A stretch of DNA of 63,760 nt, counting the filler, from Intoshia linei (Eukaryota > Animalia > Orthonectida): the NCBI GenBank assembly GCA_001642005.1. It is 5 parts of 5 records of this genome, joined end to end, with 100 filler letters (N's around TTAATTAATTAA, not from the genome) between each part and the next. Parts side by side here need not be neighbours in the genome. Positions count along the whole stretch, not along the records: positions 1 to 29,342 come from LWCA01000384.1; positions 29,443 to 34,042 come from LWCA01001909.1; positions 34,143 to 51,464 come from LWCA01000808.1; 2 more parts are not named here. One strand, 5' to 3'. A program made the position numbers and the translations under genes. Shown here piece by piece: positions 24,825 through 37,885 of this stretch. The notes below the pieces were generated by a model, which did not search any database, had not been told where the DNA came from, and worked only from the letters and a program-made list of their open reading frames with translations. The stretch's first letter is position 1. Each line of letters starts with the position of its first letter.

Positions 24825-26511
24825 TTATATTAATGCAACATATTTCTTGTTGTATTCTTCAAGGTCTTTATCAAGTTGTTCAACGGTTGGAATCTTTTTG
24901 ACATTATTTCTAGGTGATTTAGTGAAAGATTTTCTAAAACTTGATTTCTTGAAACTGGTTTTTGGTCCATTGGAAAGTCTTTTAACGGCATTAGTAGATC
25001 TTCTCCTAAAAATTAGATATAATTGCACCAATTAACAAATACATTGTTGGAGCTGGAACAGGAATAGCATCATTAATAATAGAAATTTTCATTTTTCTTC
25101 CTAAATCCACAATAAAATTGATAAAAAATCAATATTACCATCTAATGGTACATCATTATATTTATTCTTTGCTTTAACAGCAGAAAATCCGTTGAAATAA
25201 TGAATCTGTGCTGTTCCCAACGAACGTCCCATTTTGTTGTAATTAACACCATAACTTTTAATTCGTCCAAAATCAGAGAAAAGTTCCTAAATATAAATGA
25301 GCATACCTTCCCAAGTGTAATAATATCCAATTGTGCAGTTTGATAGTATAGAAAATAAATTGTCGTTTGAACAGAGAAAATGAAAAATGTGCTAATTAAA
25401 ATTATGCACATACAGGAGTGCTGTGCTACCAGAAATAAATTTTTACGTGCATACGTAGCTTGATTGTAAAATTCTATTGATATTTTAAGCAAAAATAGAA
25501 GATAAGTCAAGTATCTCATTGAATGTTTGTCATTGAAACATCGTTGTACTATAATATATTCACTAGGACAAATGTCATTTCACTTAATTTCAACGAGAAG
25601 TTGAAATTCCGTGTATAAATATACACAAGACTAAAGAGCGATTCAAGTCGCTCATTGGATGTTTAAATCGTTAACACCACTGGATAACCGGTAGAAACCG
25701 TCTCATTTCACGGCATTTCTAATGTCACGGTAGACTTTGTGTGGGATTGTGCGGCAATGAACACAAAACAAAATAATTATATACAGTACTAACTGAACGA
25801 GCCATTTTCATACTTGAATTGATTTACTCTAGTTGTTTATTCATTGGGGCTATGTCAAAATGTGTAAAAGATAAAAATTTCAAATAAAACAGCAACATTT
25901 CAAAACAATTGAATCATTAACAGTAATTCTCGTAAATGCGAGCTATCCTCCTTTGCATTCCTTAATTATCAGACAAAGTATATTGTGGATAAAATAGAAT
26001 AAAGATTAAGTTTTGACCATTTAAATATAAAACAACTAAAATTGAGTCATTTTCGAAGATTCCAAACACAAATGGTAAAACGTGCATGCGTTGTGAAAAC
26101 ATGAGTTTGATCAGTATTTTGAAAAAAGAATTCATTTCCCCGTTTATCTTTAGTATTATGTACTATCCATCAGTAAACACGCACTTGGAGTTCATTTATC
26201 CACATATAACAACCTTTATATCCTGATCCGTCACTTGGAAATCCAAATTTTCAATTATCATTTTTCCACTGTCAGGTCGTCTGATTGGTGCTGGTTTTGA
26301 AAATATTGGCATCGAGTTTCTACGAATTATTTTATTTCCAAAAGATTTTTTTTTCTAAATATGACATGAAAATATTTCAGTAAATTCAATTTACATTGAC
26401 AAAATTATTAGAACGTCTATTTCTTATTTTATTTCCGCCATTGCTCTTTCTATTTCTACCTTGTTTAGCTATTTTGTTATCTTTGATGTATTTGTCTAAA
26501 CTAACGTCCAT
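24825..26511 (-). CDS. ALYREF: THO complex subunit 4 / ALY-REF mRNA export adaptor
   Basis: N-terminal REF motif MDVSLDKYIK, RRM (KMIIENLDFQVTDQDIK|ELFSDFG...VNYNKMGRSLGTAQIHY...YNDVPLD|GRKMKI), C-terminal REF motif TVEQLDKDLEEY. Large intron ~25286-26213. Confidence 0.9.
25560..25800 (+). ncRNA. Candidate structured RNA nested in ALYREF intron (family unknown)
   Basis: At least six adjacent hairpins in ~200 nt of locally higher GC; G-U pairs mostly favour the + strand. No known family motif identified. Confidence 0.3.
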
Positions 26512-27217
26512 TTTTTCTTTTTAATTTACGTTCAAAAATGCGTTTAATATTTTCAGTATTCTCAAATAATGAATATTGTTTATCTTGCAAATGTCTGCTA
26601 AAGTGTAACTATGTAATTCTGCTTGTTACCATAATTATAGTCTACTAAATTTTATATTTTAGCCTAAAATTGGATACAAATTAAATGATTATTTAGTATC
26701 TATAACAATTAAGACATAAACGCATAATTGTGCAATTTGTGTATTTTATGTATTTGTGCAACTTGATAATAATCTATGAATGAATGTGAATATATTGTTC
26801 AAATAATTAATTATTTCTAATTGTGATGTCATTTTTGCACAATCATTATAATTAGCAATAATATTTGATTATAGTAAACATTTTTAATTGTAACAATAAG
26901 ACATTTTGTTTAGTGTTTCTTTGTGAAGAAAGATTCAGAATTTAATTGGTGTAATTATTGAAATTTTATTTGAATATTCTCAAATTTTATAAAACCGTTA
27001 ACTTCAAAACGATAGAAAACTTATAAATCAATGTGAATAATTTAATTTTTTGATTTCTACCCAATATGGTCCCCATTTACTCAGTAAACTTTACCGTTTC
27101 AATTGAGAAATAAAAACAACTTGAACTATTTACGATAAATGAATAACTAAATGTAACCTATGAAACAATTTTACTTGTATATTTGTATTTGTAAATTAAA
27201 GGCATTTGGATTAAAAT

Positions 27218-27631
27218 ATGTATAAATCAACTGAGAAGTTGGATTGTCCGGAAAGTTTGGAAAATGAAATCGAAGAAGGATTACTTTGCGATTTGTTGAA
27301 ACCCTCCATGCTAGAAATTTCCACTACATGTAGAAATGTTTCTATAACTCAAAATGACGTTATCAGAACATTGAACATTGTACTAGAAAACATTGAAATA
27401 CTAAAGACTGAGCTCAACAACGATAACACGATTAACTTAATTGATAAATACTATGAAACCTACAATAAATATACACATAGATTAAAACGATTGAACGGTA
27501 TAACCAGTAAATTACTTTTACGTTTATCTAATGTTACCACCAAAATTGGGAAAAATAACATTACAACAGCAAACATTGAATTGGCTGAACCTGCAATTAC
27601 TTTGGAAAATACGGAAAGTGACAATATTTAA
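27218..27631 (+). CDS. SNAPIN: SNARE-associated protein Snapin (BLOC-1/BORC subunit), intronless
   Basis: 137-aa coiled coil with the pattern EGLLCDLLKPSM...V..TQ..V...IDKY..........RL..LN.I...LL.RL, matching Snapin (EGLLEFLRPAV...VRESQ...LDPY...RVVLVNNIL...ERL). Confidence 0.7.
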   Translation: MYKSTEKLDCPESLENEIEEGLLCDLLKPSMLEISTTCRNVSITQNDVIRTLNIVLENIEILKTELNNDNTINLIDKYYETYNKYTHRLKRLNGITSKLLLRLSNVTTKIGKNNITTANIELAEPAITLENTESDNI

Positions 27632-27744
27632 TTACAAATTATTGATTTGGTGCCATACTAATTGATCGCGTATTTGTATTTTCCTACAAATTTGTATATA
27701 TGAGATAAAAAGTAAATTTACACAATTTTCATATTTTATTTTAT

Positions 27745-28858
27745 ATGAAACGTATTTTTGCGGTTCATTGATTTTTTTTCTTAAATAATGCTGTCGATCG
27801 AGCTCTTTTCCTCGGTTCTGTAAGGATTTATATTTCCTAAGAATATTTTATTTACTATTATTTAATTCTCCTATTGTCACTTTTAAATATCAATGTCCAT
27901 ATTTGGTGAAAAAATTTAATAGACTTAAAAACCTATATAATTTTTTTGGAATTCCCGAAAAATAACATTGTCAATTTTAAATGAGTTTAATTCCTTTACC
28001 TCTTTATTTGTGTTAATTCATTCTCTATTTCACTTATTTGATTACGAGGTGTGGGATGATTTAAATTTTTTTTTGTACATTTTTCTTTTTTCTTTTTAAT
28101 TGTCTTTACATTAACAATACACGAATGCGTTTTATTACATGTATTCTCACTTTCGGTTTGATTACATTTTTTTTTCTTTTCTTGATTTTTACTCTACGAT
28201 GTAATTATATAGTTTATCCAAATTTATTTATATTTATATTTACATTTAATTTTTTTAATAAAAAATTGCATTTTTCTTCCAACTCTGTAATCTTTTGCTA
28301 AAAAATGTTTTAAAATAGGCAAATTATTACTTGATATTTTTTATCCATTAAATTTTGAGAATATATAATATTGCACATAATTTTGTTGAGTAACTTTTTT
28401 CTAGTAATCTTTTCAATATAATTCGTTTTTTGATATTCAATTTTTAATAAAAGTTTTTGAAAGACAATATCCAATCTATTACACTTTAATTGAATATGTT
28501 GTATATTATTCGCCATTTTTTCGTCGTTTTCTACATTGTTTGACATTTTATCTACAATACTCATTATTATATATTAAATTTGATATTTTACGTATATAAC
28601 TGTTTTTAAGAATTTGAATTTTATTGTTTATTGTTTGTTGAAAATTTGATATCGTTTCATTGAAATCTGATAATGCTGCAATTATTTTGATTCGATTTGT
28701 TTCATTCTCTTCCATTTTACATTTATAGTGTTTATTTGATCCAAGATACTTGTAGTCATATAATGTGCTTTTAATATGTTTGTTATGTTAATTAAAAAAA
28801 TCTAATAGACTTTTTTATAATACTTGGTTTATTGATGCAAAAATGTTAATTTCAGTCA
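27745..28858 (-). CDS. Hypothetical Lys/Asn-rich coiled-coil protein, multi-exon
   Basis: Open, splice-site-bounded segments (KHIKSTLYDYKYLG...MEENETNRIKIIAALSDFNETISNFQQ; DKMSNNVENDEKMANNIQHIQLKCNRLD...) separated by short GT-AG introns. Both ends uncertain. Confidence 0.35.
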
Positions 28859-29342
28859 TTTTAATTTTCATAACTCAGTTATTTTCACGTACAGTCAATT
28901 ACTTTTTTGATAATAATAAAATAGTTTTCAAATAAAAATAATGATACTTTGTGCTTTTTTGACCGTAAAGTGTCATTTGTCAGAACTGGGCAATTGGTAA
29001 AAAAGGTAATCTGGGGTTTTATCATGAAATCAACTTTTTTGGATTTGCAAATTATGATTTTGAAACCTATGCCACAATTTATTCTTACTTATATAATATG
29101 CTTTGCATATTTGTGTGTGTGTTACCGTTTATTTCAATAACTACCTGTCTTAGAATTTTATAAAGTTTACATTTCAATTACAGTTTTTTCCGTGGTGATA
29201 ATAAGGTAAATTTCAACCTCCCAAACTCACATCTTAAGGGTCAAAAAGCTTAATTATCCTTTTTTTGAAAATCAAACAAGTTCGAGAGTTTAAAAAAATA
29301 TATACTCTGATACGGATTTTAAAATCATAAATATTATCATAA

Positions 29343-29442
29343 NNNNNNNNNNNNNNNNNNNNNNNNNNNNNNNNNNNNNNNNNNNNTTAATTAATTAANN
29401 NNNNNNNNNNNNNNNNNNNNNNNNNNNNNNNNNNNNNNNNNN
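29343..29442. other. Assembly gap linker (N44-TTAATTAATTAA-N44)
   Basis: Artificial spacer with stops in all six frames. Confidence 0.97.
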
Positions 29443-31076
29443 ATATTTATTTAGAAAATTAGATATTATATTAAAGTTATTTGTATAGTAAATGCACTTT
29501 GTGTTAAATCTGATATGAAAATGTAAATTTGAATACAAATTGTACTAAGAAAATTGGGTCAAAATTTTAAAAAACGTGTTAAATTTATATGTTACTACTT
29601 TAATTCAGGAATTAAGACACAAAAAAATACCACGTTAACCGAATTTCACAAAAAATTTTTAACAATTTTATACAAATGTTGTTTTCTCACTTTTTTCTGA
29701 AAGAAATCAGATATGATATTATTAAAATTGATATCATTCTCAATTAATATAAAGGAGAGCGCATTCAAACGAGGTTGAGCTAAGCAATTTTGAAGTTCAT
29801 TCTTAACTATTTTTAGTTTAGAAAATCTTCAAACTTTAATAAACTTCAAAACTTATAAATTCATTCTTAAAATATAAATGTGAACAATTTTTTAATAAAT
29901 TGGGGCCTCTTTTTAAGATAAATGTAAAATATGTTTATTTAAATGGAGGCATCTTTTTAGATATATATGTAAGTACTTTTATTAATTTGGGGGCATTTTT
30001 TAATAAAGGGCCCTGAGCTACAGCCCATATTGCCCATGCCTTAAAACGGCTCTAACTAGGGTGTTTCAAAAAGTAGAAATTATGCGAGTTTTTCTTAGCC
30101 TTAGTAAAAATTAAGTTAGTATTTATATTTAGAGTACTATGTGACTTAAATTTTTTTAAAACGTTGGTGGTCGAGTTGCGCACTGCAAATAAATATTTTT
30201 CTAAAAAATATTGAAAAATAGTGTATTATCTGAATTTTCATTGGTTGATATATTAAAATTAACAACAAATATGAATCTTACACGCAAATATATTTATTTT
30301 TTAATGACTTATTTTTAAGTGAAACAGATAAAGATGTAGAACAGAGGTGTAACACTTGTCAGACCACAAATCCAATTAAAAAAAATATAACCATGCCCAG
30401 AAAAAGGTAAAACATGGTAAAAAAGCAAATAGATTATTTACCTAACATAATACTTTTGAATATCTTAAAATTTTAATTTAATTTAATAAATATTATATAT
30501 AAATATCATCTCTCTTCATTATAACAATTTTTTTAATAACTTAACGACTGATTATAGTAACATTTAGCTATTATGATTAATTTTCAAAAAATATGATATG
30601 TAGACTTAACATGACTAATTCAAAAAATAAGTTAATTATAAATGCCTGTATGTTGAAACAATGAGAAAATGAATACGAAATAGTGTAATAATTTCAAAAT
30701 TCGTCGAAACTCTAAAAGACATACGCAATAATTTAAAAGCTTTATTTTATAGATATAATATATAGTTATAACATATTTGTCGCAATAAATTTGCCATTCA
30801 AATATATCACTTCTAGAAACATTCCATATTTCTGTCATCATTTTTATTATTCCTTGTTCAAAAATTAGCATACATTTTTTGCTTTATTGATGGATATTTT
30901 TAAAGGTATGTCCAATTTAGCAGTGCTAGAAGTATTATCACGTTTTAAAACATTCTTACGATAAGGAAAAGAGTCTAGATCTTTCACATTATTTAGAATT
31001 ACTTCATAATCATCATAGTTCAAATTTTGACATGTTGAAATACGAAAAAAACATATATTATCATGTTTATATTTAA

Positions 31077-31890
31077 CTAGCTTGGCAGTTTTGTACTACG
31101 TACAAACAGCACCCTAGCTATGCCGAAAACACTCTTATTATATTAAAAAAATAAATTTACGTTGAAAATCTAACTTTAAAATTGTACTATTAACTATTAT
31201 CAATCCTTTAAAAGAGTAATTCCCAAATTTGTTTCAAATGGCGCCGTCATATCACATTGTTTTTTACTTTAAAGTGAATAATAATTCATTCCATCTTTTA
31301 TTTTGTTTTGTTAACATTTGCGTAAAGTATTTTAAAAACAATTATTATTTAATTTTTTTAATATATTAGACATAATGTATGTATAATATTAAAAATAAAA
31401 TAAAATTAAAACAGTTTAATTTTATAAATTGTCATAAATAGCATAAATTTCAAAAAAAATAAAATTATATAAACCTATTTTGTCATTTTCAATGTGATGA
31501 TAAATATTCAGTACCAATTTAATAAATATTTAAAAATACCGATTGTGTATTAATAATTAATTAAATCTATACTTTATAAATATTTCAGTCGAATTTTACC
31601 ATTATTGCAAAGAATTGTAATATAAAATGTTACTTTTCTTTTTGCATTTTCAAACAATAAGTAAAACAATAACATGTTTTAAGTTAAATTAAGTTAGAAT
31701 CGAAACTTTTATAAATTCGTTGCAGTAGTGTAATTTAGATGTGTTCAAAATGAGAGGAAAAATAAAATTAAATTTAAAAATTGCGTAACAATGAAAAAAA
31801 TATAGAAGGAATGAATTATATAGATTTTTACCCATATGTCTTTATTGGAAATGTGTAGACGTACAATTAACATTTGTTTTAAAATTCTAA
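31077..31890 (-). mobile_element. Helitron, 3' part
   Basis: A|CTAGCTTGGCAGTTTTGTACTACGTACAAACAGCAC terminus followed by the internal block shared with 43124-43990 and 53130-53660. Confidence 0.75.
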
Positions 31891-31984
31891 AATTAATATT
31901 TACTTAATTGTTTTGGCAACCGAATCTTACAATAATATTTTTATATATAGCTATTGACATTTATTCAGCGGTTATATCTGTTAA

Positions 31985-32518
31985 TGGCACGAATTCTGGC
32001 CAACCCGTATAATGATCCATTATGTTAATTATATATTGATATCCGTTAATTAAAATTGGAAATGATTTAAGCAATTTAATGTTCAGTGATATATTTTTAC
32101 AGCTTCCATACAATCTGTATCTTTTGATTTGCCATGTTTCTAATTTAATACGTCAGCATTTTGTACAATAGCGTTAGTAAATTCAAAACGGTATAATATA
32201 TCGGCGGTGTCGTTTAAATGACCGGACATGTAATTAATTGTAAAATTAAATTGTTCCAATTTTTCGATTTACAAAATTGACAATTTTTACGGTTTTTAAA
32301 TTGTCGAATGTAGACGAGGGGGTTGATATCGGTTATTACAGTGAAATAACGACCATATGATATATTTAAACTTTTCGATAGCCCAGACGATGTCCAAAAG
32401 TTCTTTATCTACGGTGCTGTATCGTACCTGTGTTGTATAAAAAGTTTTACTTGAGTATGCTATGACGTGGTTGCCTTGCTGTAAGGTTGCTCTTATACCT
32501 TGATGTGACGCATCGGTC
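31985..32518 (-). pseudogene. Ty3/gypsy LTR-retrotransposon pol remnant (RNase H domain)
   Basis: Minus-strand translation TDASHQGIRATLQQGNHVIAYSSKTF...RYSTVDKELLDIVWAIEKFKY / YGRYFTVITDINPLVY / LEQFNFTINYMSGHLNDTADILYR ... GWPEF, with frameshifts. Confidence 0.85.
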
Positions 32519-33436
32519 TATTATCGCACTATATAAATCTAAAAGTTCAAACCGAGAAATCTACGCATTCTCGATGACAAATAAGTTTTAATATATTATC
32601 AACTAATATTTTACAAATATTTCGATAAATATTAAATATAAATAAAAATTGAAAGTGTAAATATTGATCCTACAATTTTAAAAAAAATGTGCAGTGAACA
32701 TCTACAAATTTCCAATAAAGTAATAATGGTAAAAATTTATATAATTGATTCGTTCGCAATTTTTAAATATCAAATTCTAATTTCAAAACATTATACATTT
32801 TACAAAATATTTAAATGTGTCAATAAACATTATTTATTCGTTTAGAATGTTTAAACACAAACAAAACATTATATTGCGACGGAACAATTTATTTAAAAAG
32901 TAAAAAATTATAAATCTTTTATTACAGCATAATCACCTGGGAAATTACCAAAACGTTACGAGATAAAATATTAAATTTATTAAATGCGCCATTTTTTTTA
33001 ACTTACTTGTAAACTACTAAAAAAATGATAAAAACATCATATAAAATATATAAAAATTCACAAAATATGTTGTATTTATTTACGTAACAGCCATAATTTT
33101 GTAAAATATACAATTTAGATAATTTAACCGGTTTTAACTTTTCTTTTTGCACTGCAAACGATATTAGCTTAAAATTTATTGCATTTTAAAAGAACCAAAG
33201 AGTTAATATAATATTTTTAAATCATATTTATGATTCGTTATAATAATTTATAGTTGATTAAATTTGTTATTCAGATTCCACTGGAGTTATAACTGACTGT
33301 GCTACGTGTAACAGTGATAATAGTTTAAAGGGTCTTGTTTTTAAATTTGGTTATAATATATCGAAGCTAGTAAAGTATGTAAAGCTTATTAGCTTTGGTA
33401 TAATGTCATGTATAAAAACAATCAAAATATTTAAAG

Positions 33437-33719
33437 CAGGAATGTAAAACATGCAGCCGTACGGCAGAATGCGACGTGAGGGCGTTTATTTGCTGCCGAG
33501 GGTAATTCATGTGATCATAGAGCAATATATTAGATTAATTCAAATTGAAAAGATTAAATCAGATTTTATTCAAGGACTATTTAATGATATTCAATATTTT
33601 TATCACTTTCTCAAAATGAATTTAAAGCTTATCAGTGTCAAAGTAAATTTTGTGCGGCCGTAGTATCAATGAGAAAAGTAACTTTGCGGTTGAATTAGTA
33701 TAAAGGTTGAGCACCCCTG
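33437..33719 (+). mobile_element. hAT MITE family A, degenerate copy
   Basis: Right TIR AGGTTGAGCACCCCTG and interior collinear with 10031-10483. Explains the spurious ORF 33451-33663. Confidence 0.7.
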
Positions 33720-34042
33720 GGCTAAAGGATATAAGACTACACAAATTATTGCAAATAATTTTTGAAACGTTATATAGAATTTCAATTGTTTTAAATGTCA
33801 TTTATATTTTAAAATCAAATTTAGTGTTTATTATTATTATTTATTATTGATAAAATTCTCAATTTAGAATGCAAAGATATTATACCTAAATGTATCGAAT
33901 GTTATGTAACAATAAACGACAAAAATACATTAAAATGCGATTGGTGTGAAATGAATTATATGATTACTTATAATCGTATATGTACAGGTATATATATATA
34001 ATTATATAAAGTTACATTTTTATGTTATAAGTTAATAAAGTT

Positions 34043-34142
34043 NNNNNNNNNNNNNNNNNNNNNNNNNNNNNNNNNNNNNNNNNNNNTTAATTAATTAANN
34101 NNNNNNNNNNNNNNNNNNNNNNNNNNNNNNNNNNNNNNNNNN
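34043..34142. other. Assembly gap linker
   Basis: N44-TTAATTAATTAA-N44. Confidence 0.97.
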
Positions 34143-35729
34143 AAAGTATACAGTTCTGGTTTGATAAATTTTCTATTGAATCCTGATGAAAATGATGAAA
34201 TTTTTGAATTTTTCAAATCATTAACTGAATTGAATACTGTTACTCTAAACTGTCTGTTAAACTAAATCTGTTACTGAATAGGCGGTATTAATTGTGTTTG
34301 CAGGTGGTTAACGTTTATACAAACAAAATTCCAATCTCAACAGCAAAGAGATGGAATAGAGGTGACATGGTAGGTGATTTATTCGGACCAGATATAATGT
34401 TGGATTTACGATAATTTTTACGTGAAAGGCGTATTACTCAAACTAAAACACGGCCAGGGATGTTATGTATTTTTTTTAAGTATAACGACTACTTATTATT
34501 TGTCACAAATGATCAGATGGAGTTAAAATGAAACCTGCGAAAAACTCAGAGATTTCTAAAAAAAATGGATACACTAGAGGTAAACGTAAGTAAATAAAAA
34601 AATCTAACTTAAAAATCCTACTATTCACTATTATCAATCCTTTAAAGGAGTGGTTCCCAAATTTTTTTCAGGTGGAATCATCATATCATATTACTTTTTA
34701 CTTTAAAGTGAATTATTCCATTTTAATTTTTTGTTTGTTAACATTTTGCGTAAAGAATTTTAAAAACAATTGTTATCATATTTTTTTAATTTATTAGACG
34801 GAATGTGTGTATAATATTAAAAATAAAGTAAAAACAGTCCAATCCTAAAAATTGTCATAAATAGCATAATTATCTTGATGATAACAAAATGTTATACAAT
34901 CAGACAATAGTTATTAACATTTTAATCATATATTTTTGTAAACAAAACAAAAAATTTTTTTAAAATATACACATCAAATTTATTTTAAAATATACATTTT
35001 ATAATATATGGGGGTATGAGGGGGAACAGAACATGATTAGAATTAGAGTTAAAAAAATAGCACGTATATTTTATTTAAAAAAGCTCCAGAATTAGATAAT
35101 TTAAAAAGAAAAAACAAAAACACTAAAGATGAATTGTAAACTTGTCATTTTAATTTGAATAAATCAAAATAAAAATCATTTTTATGTGGCCATATTACAG
35201 ATCGCGAGCCGTGAATGTTGAAAAAACAGAATACTAATGTTTTATTGCTTTGATATAAATTTATGCAATAAATATGCAGGTGATAATCATTTATTAAATT
35301 AAAAATGCATATTTGGTATATAAATGGTATCTTTAATTAAATTATATTTCAAATACAATGGTTATAAATAAAATAAAAACGTTAAGTAATATTCATTAAA
35401 TTCGATTGTGATTTGTGACAATTGTTCTCTACAGCGTTTGATAGAAATATAAAGAATTCACTGTACTTTGAAAATAAATGTTAGTTGTCAAAGAAGTGAC
35501 AGAGTTATCAACAGTTATTCCAGTTGTATTAAGTTACTCTCAGCCACAACGAGATAACTTAGTATAAGTTATAATTAATGAATACCGTAAATTATGAATT
35601 TCGATGATAATGAACGAGTTTTGGTAAAAATTCATCCCTTCTATAGTAAATTTCTTATACATCCATTACTTATCGGTATTTTTTAATAATAAATCTGAAA
35701 AAAATAAAAATATTATTAGCAAAAAAAAA

Positions 35730-35998
35730 TCGATCATAATGTTTATGATTTTAAAAGACGCATCAGCGTATATATTTTTTAAAATTCTCCAACTCGTTTG
35801 ATTTTCAAAAAGAGGGACAACTGGAGTTTTTGACCCGTAAGATGTGAAATTGAGAAGTTAAAATTTATGTTAATGTACGTCCCGAAAAAAACTGTAATTG
35901 AAATTTGGTCTTTAAAAAAATCTAAGACGGGTAGTTATTTAAATAAAGCTTAACACACACACACAAACAAAAATCGCGTAGCATATTATATAAGTTAT
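35730..35998 (-). mobile_element. Helitron, 5' part
   Basis: Reverse complement of the family 5' module (..ACTTATATAATATGCTACGCG..(TG)n..AACTACCCGTCTTAG). Confidence 0.65.
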
Positions 35999-36294
35999 GA
36001 TGATTGAAATCTCCTTTTTTTAATACAAATGTTTAATACAATACCGATTCCTAAAAAAAAAACAATTTCCGATTCCGATTATTTGATATCGTCGCATCAT
36101 TAGTTAACATTAATTTTCCACTATAACAACTTTCATTGTAGACAAGTGACACTGTAGTTAGCCATAAAAGTATATTTAATTTAAATTTAAAGAATTGTAA
36201 ATAAATAAATTTTACTTGTGTTGCCAATGACTACTACTATAATTTTATATATTTTAAAATTAAACATATTTGAATTAAATAAAAAGTTTTGAAA

Positions 36295-37850
36295 ATGAAA
36301 AGAAAAAAGCGATTAACGTCGATGAGCGATCTCCACACTTGTAATTTTGACTATTGTAGTTTAAAACCAATGAACGAAAAGACCTATTGTGAATTGCACA
36401 TTCACCAATGTAATGGAGAAAAACAAGGTGTAAAATTTTGTACATTCACTATATCTGACTCTGGCAAGAAATGTCGAATAGCTATAACAAACAAAAATTG
36501 TCAATTTTGTATGATTCATGAATATGAAACTGGAATAAACTTAAAGGACCAAGAAAAAACGACAAATTTTGCAATTGTAAATGAAAAATCTCTAGACTCT
36601 TCAAAGATGACCGACTTGAATTTATTTCCTGATTTATCTGAAAATTTAAATTTTCAATTAATTAACCAAATCTCTTCATTTTCTGGAAACGGTGATAGGA
36701 ATCACAACAGGAGTGATTTAGATTTGCTCAAAAATTTTGAAAATCACAATTTTTTACTTGATTATAAGCAAGGCTTTTATGATGCCATGTCTAATTCGTG
36801 CGAAGATTCAGATTTTTTTAAACCCAACTTTGCTAATAATCTTACATTTGATCAATTTGAGAATAATTTAAAATACTGTGAAATTCATCCATTGGAGTAA
36901 TCTTGACCATTTATTTTTATTATTAAATTTATAGAAATCAAAAAACTTTGTCAAATACTGAAGTCTCTGATTTACTCTTGTCTTTATACAAGAATTTGGA
37001 TCAGGTTTTCAAGGATTTGAAATATAATGAATCTGTTATTATGAAAATCCAAAAAACAAGATTAAATAAAAAAATTGACATTTTGTCTAAAAGTGAATGT
37101 AAAATTAATTTTTTTTTTAGAAATTTTTATTTTAGGTACTATAAACAAACTTATTAATCAAGACAATGAAAAATTAATTCAATCCCATGTTGACCATTTT
37201 TTTGTCCCAAATAAGGTATTTTATTATTTCTTTATAGTTTCTATCAATGTTAGAACGACTCCAAAATTGACTTACCAAATACCTGTAAATTCGTAGATAC
37301 TTTTAAATGCACTCAAAACGTGTTACCACTGTCCGGCTATTGCTTTCAACGTAATTTAAACTCTTTATATAGGTCATAAACTTTGGTATTGTTGAATTTG
37401 TGTTTAATTTTTATTTATTAACTTAATTTGTCAAAAATTTTAAATTATGCACAAATTTAACATTCTATTTAACATTGTAAATAAAATTGTGATTATCTTA
37501 ATTTTGTTGTGAAATAACAATAACCTAAAAATAATAGAAAAGGGCGTGTTTATGGAGTAATAAATAAATTGATTGAAATCTCATTTTGTACTTACATTTT
37601 TTATATTTTGTCATTTTAAAAGTATCATATATGATACTTTGTTTTTATTTTGTCATTTTAAAATTATCATATATGATATTTTGATGTCTAAGGGTTAATA
37701 ATCAATTTAAGTCATTGTTTTTTAGATATACTTAATGAACCTGAACAAACATTGTTTCAAAAATGTATGACAATAGATTGTAATTATCCAACTATAGAAG
37801 TAATGTATGGACCGCATTGTAAAAAACATGCAAAAATTGATAAACCATAA
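36295..37850 (+). CDS. KANSL2: KANSL2/INO80D-family protein with two zf-C3Hc3H zinc-binding domains
   Basis: N-terminal C-x4-C..YCELHI..FCTF..GKKC..FCMIH; central HPLE|NQKTLSNTEVSDLL..LY (cf. KANSL2 DPLKHAGVYTAEEV); C-terminal TCKF..KCTQNVLPLSGYCFQH|ILNEPEQTLFQKC...C..P...HCKKH. INO80D not excluded. Confidence 0.65.
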
Positions 37851-37885
37851 ATAAACTGTTTAGCCTAAACTTTAGTTTTAAAAAT

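Noticed and set aside
1461-25519. Short ORFs antisense to or overlapping real genes (e.g. 1461-1775, 12902-13648, 17968-18309, 24847-25035, 25142-25519)
   Set aside because: Shadow ORFs of genuine exons, with no independent motifs.
25793-25857. CTGAACGAG (hammerhead-like) and ATTGGGGCT (RNase MRP CR-V-like) motifs
   Set aside because: CUGANGA spacing is wrong and there is no GAAA core with flanking stems; no complementary CR-I (AGUCCCC) was found upstream.
34143-34480. Coding-like fragment (VNVYTNKIPISTAKRWNR...)
   Set aside because: Interrupted by stops and too short to assign; possibly a transposase remnant.
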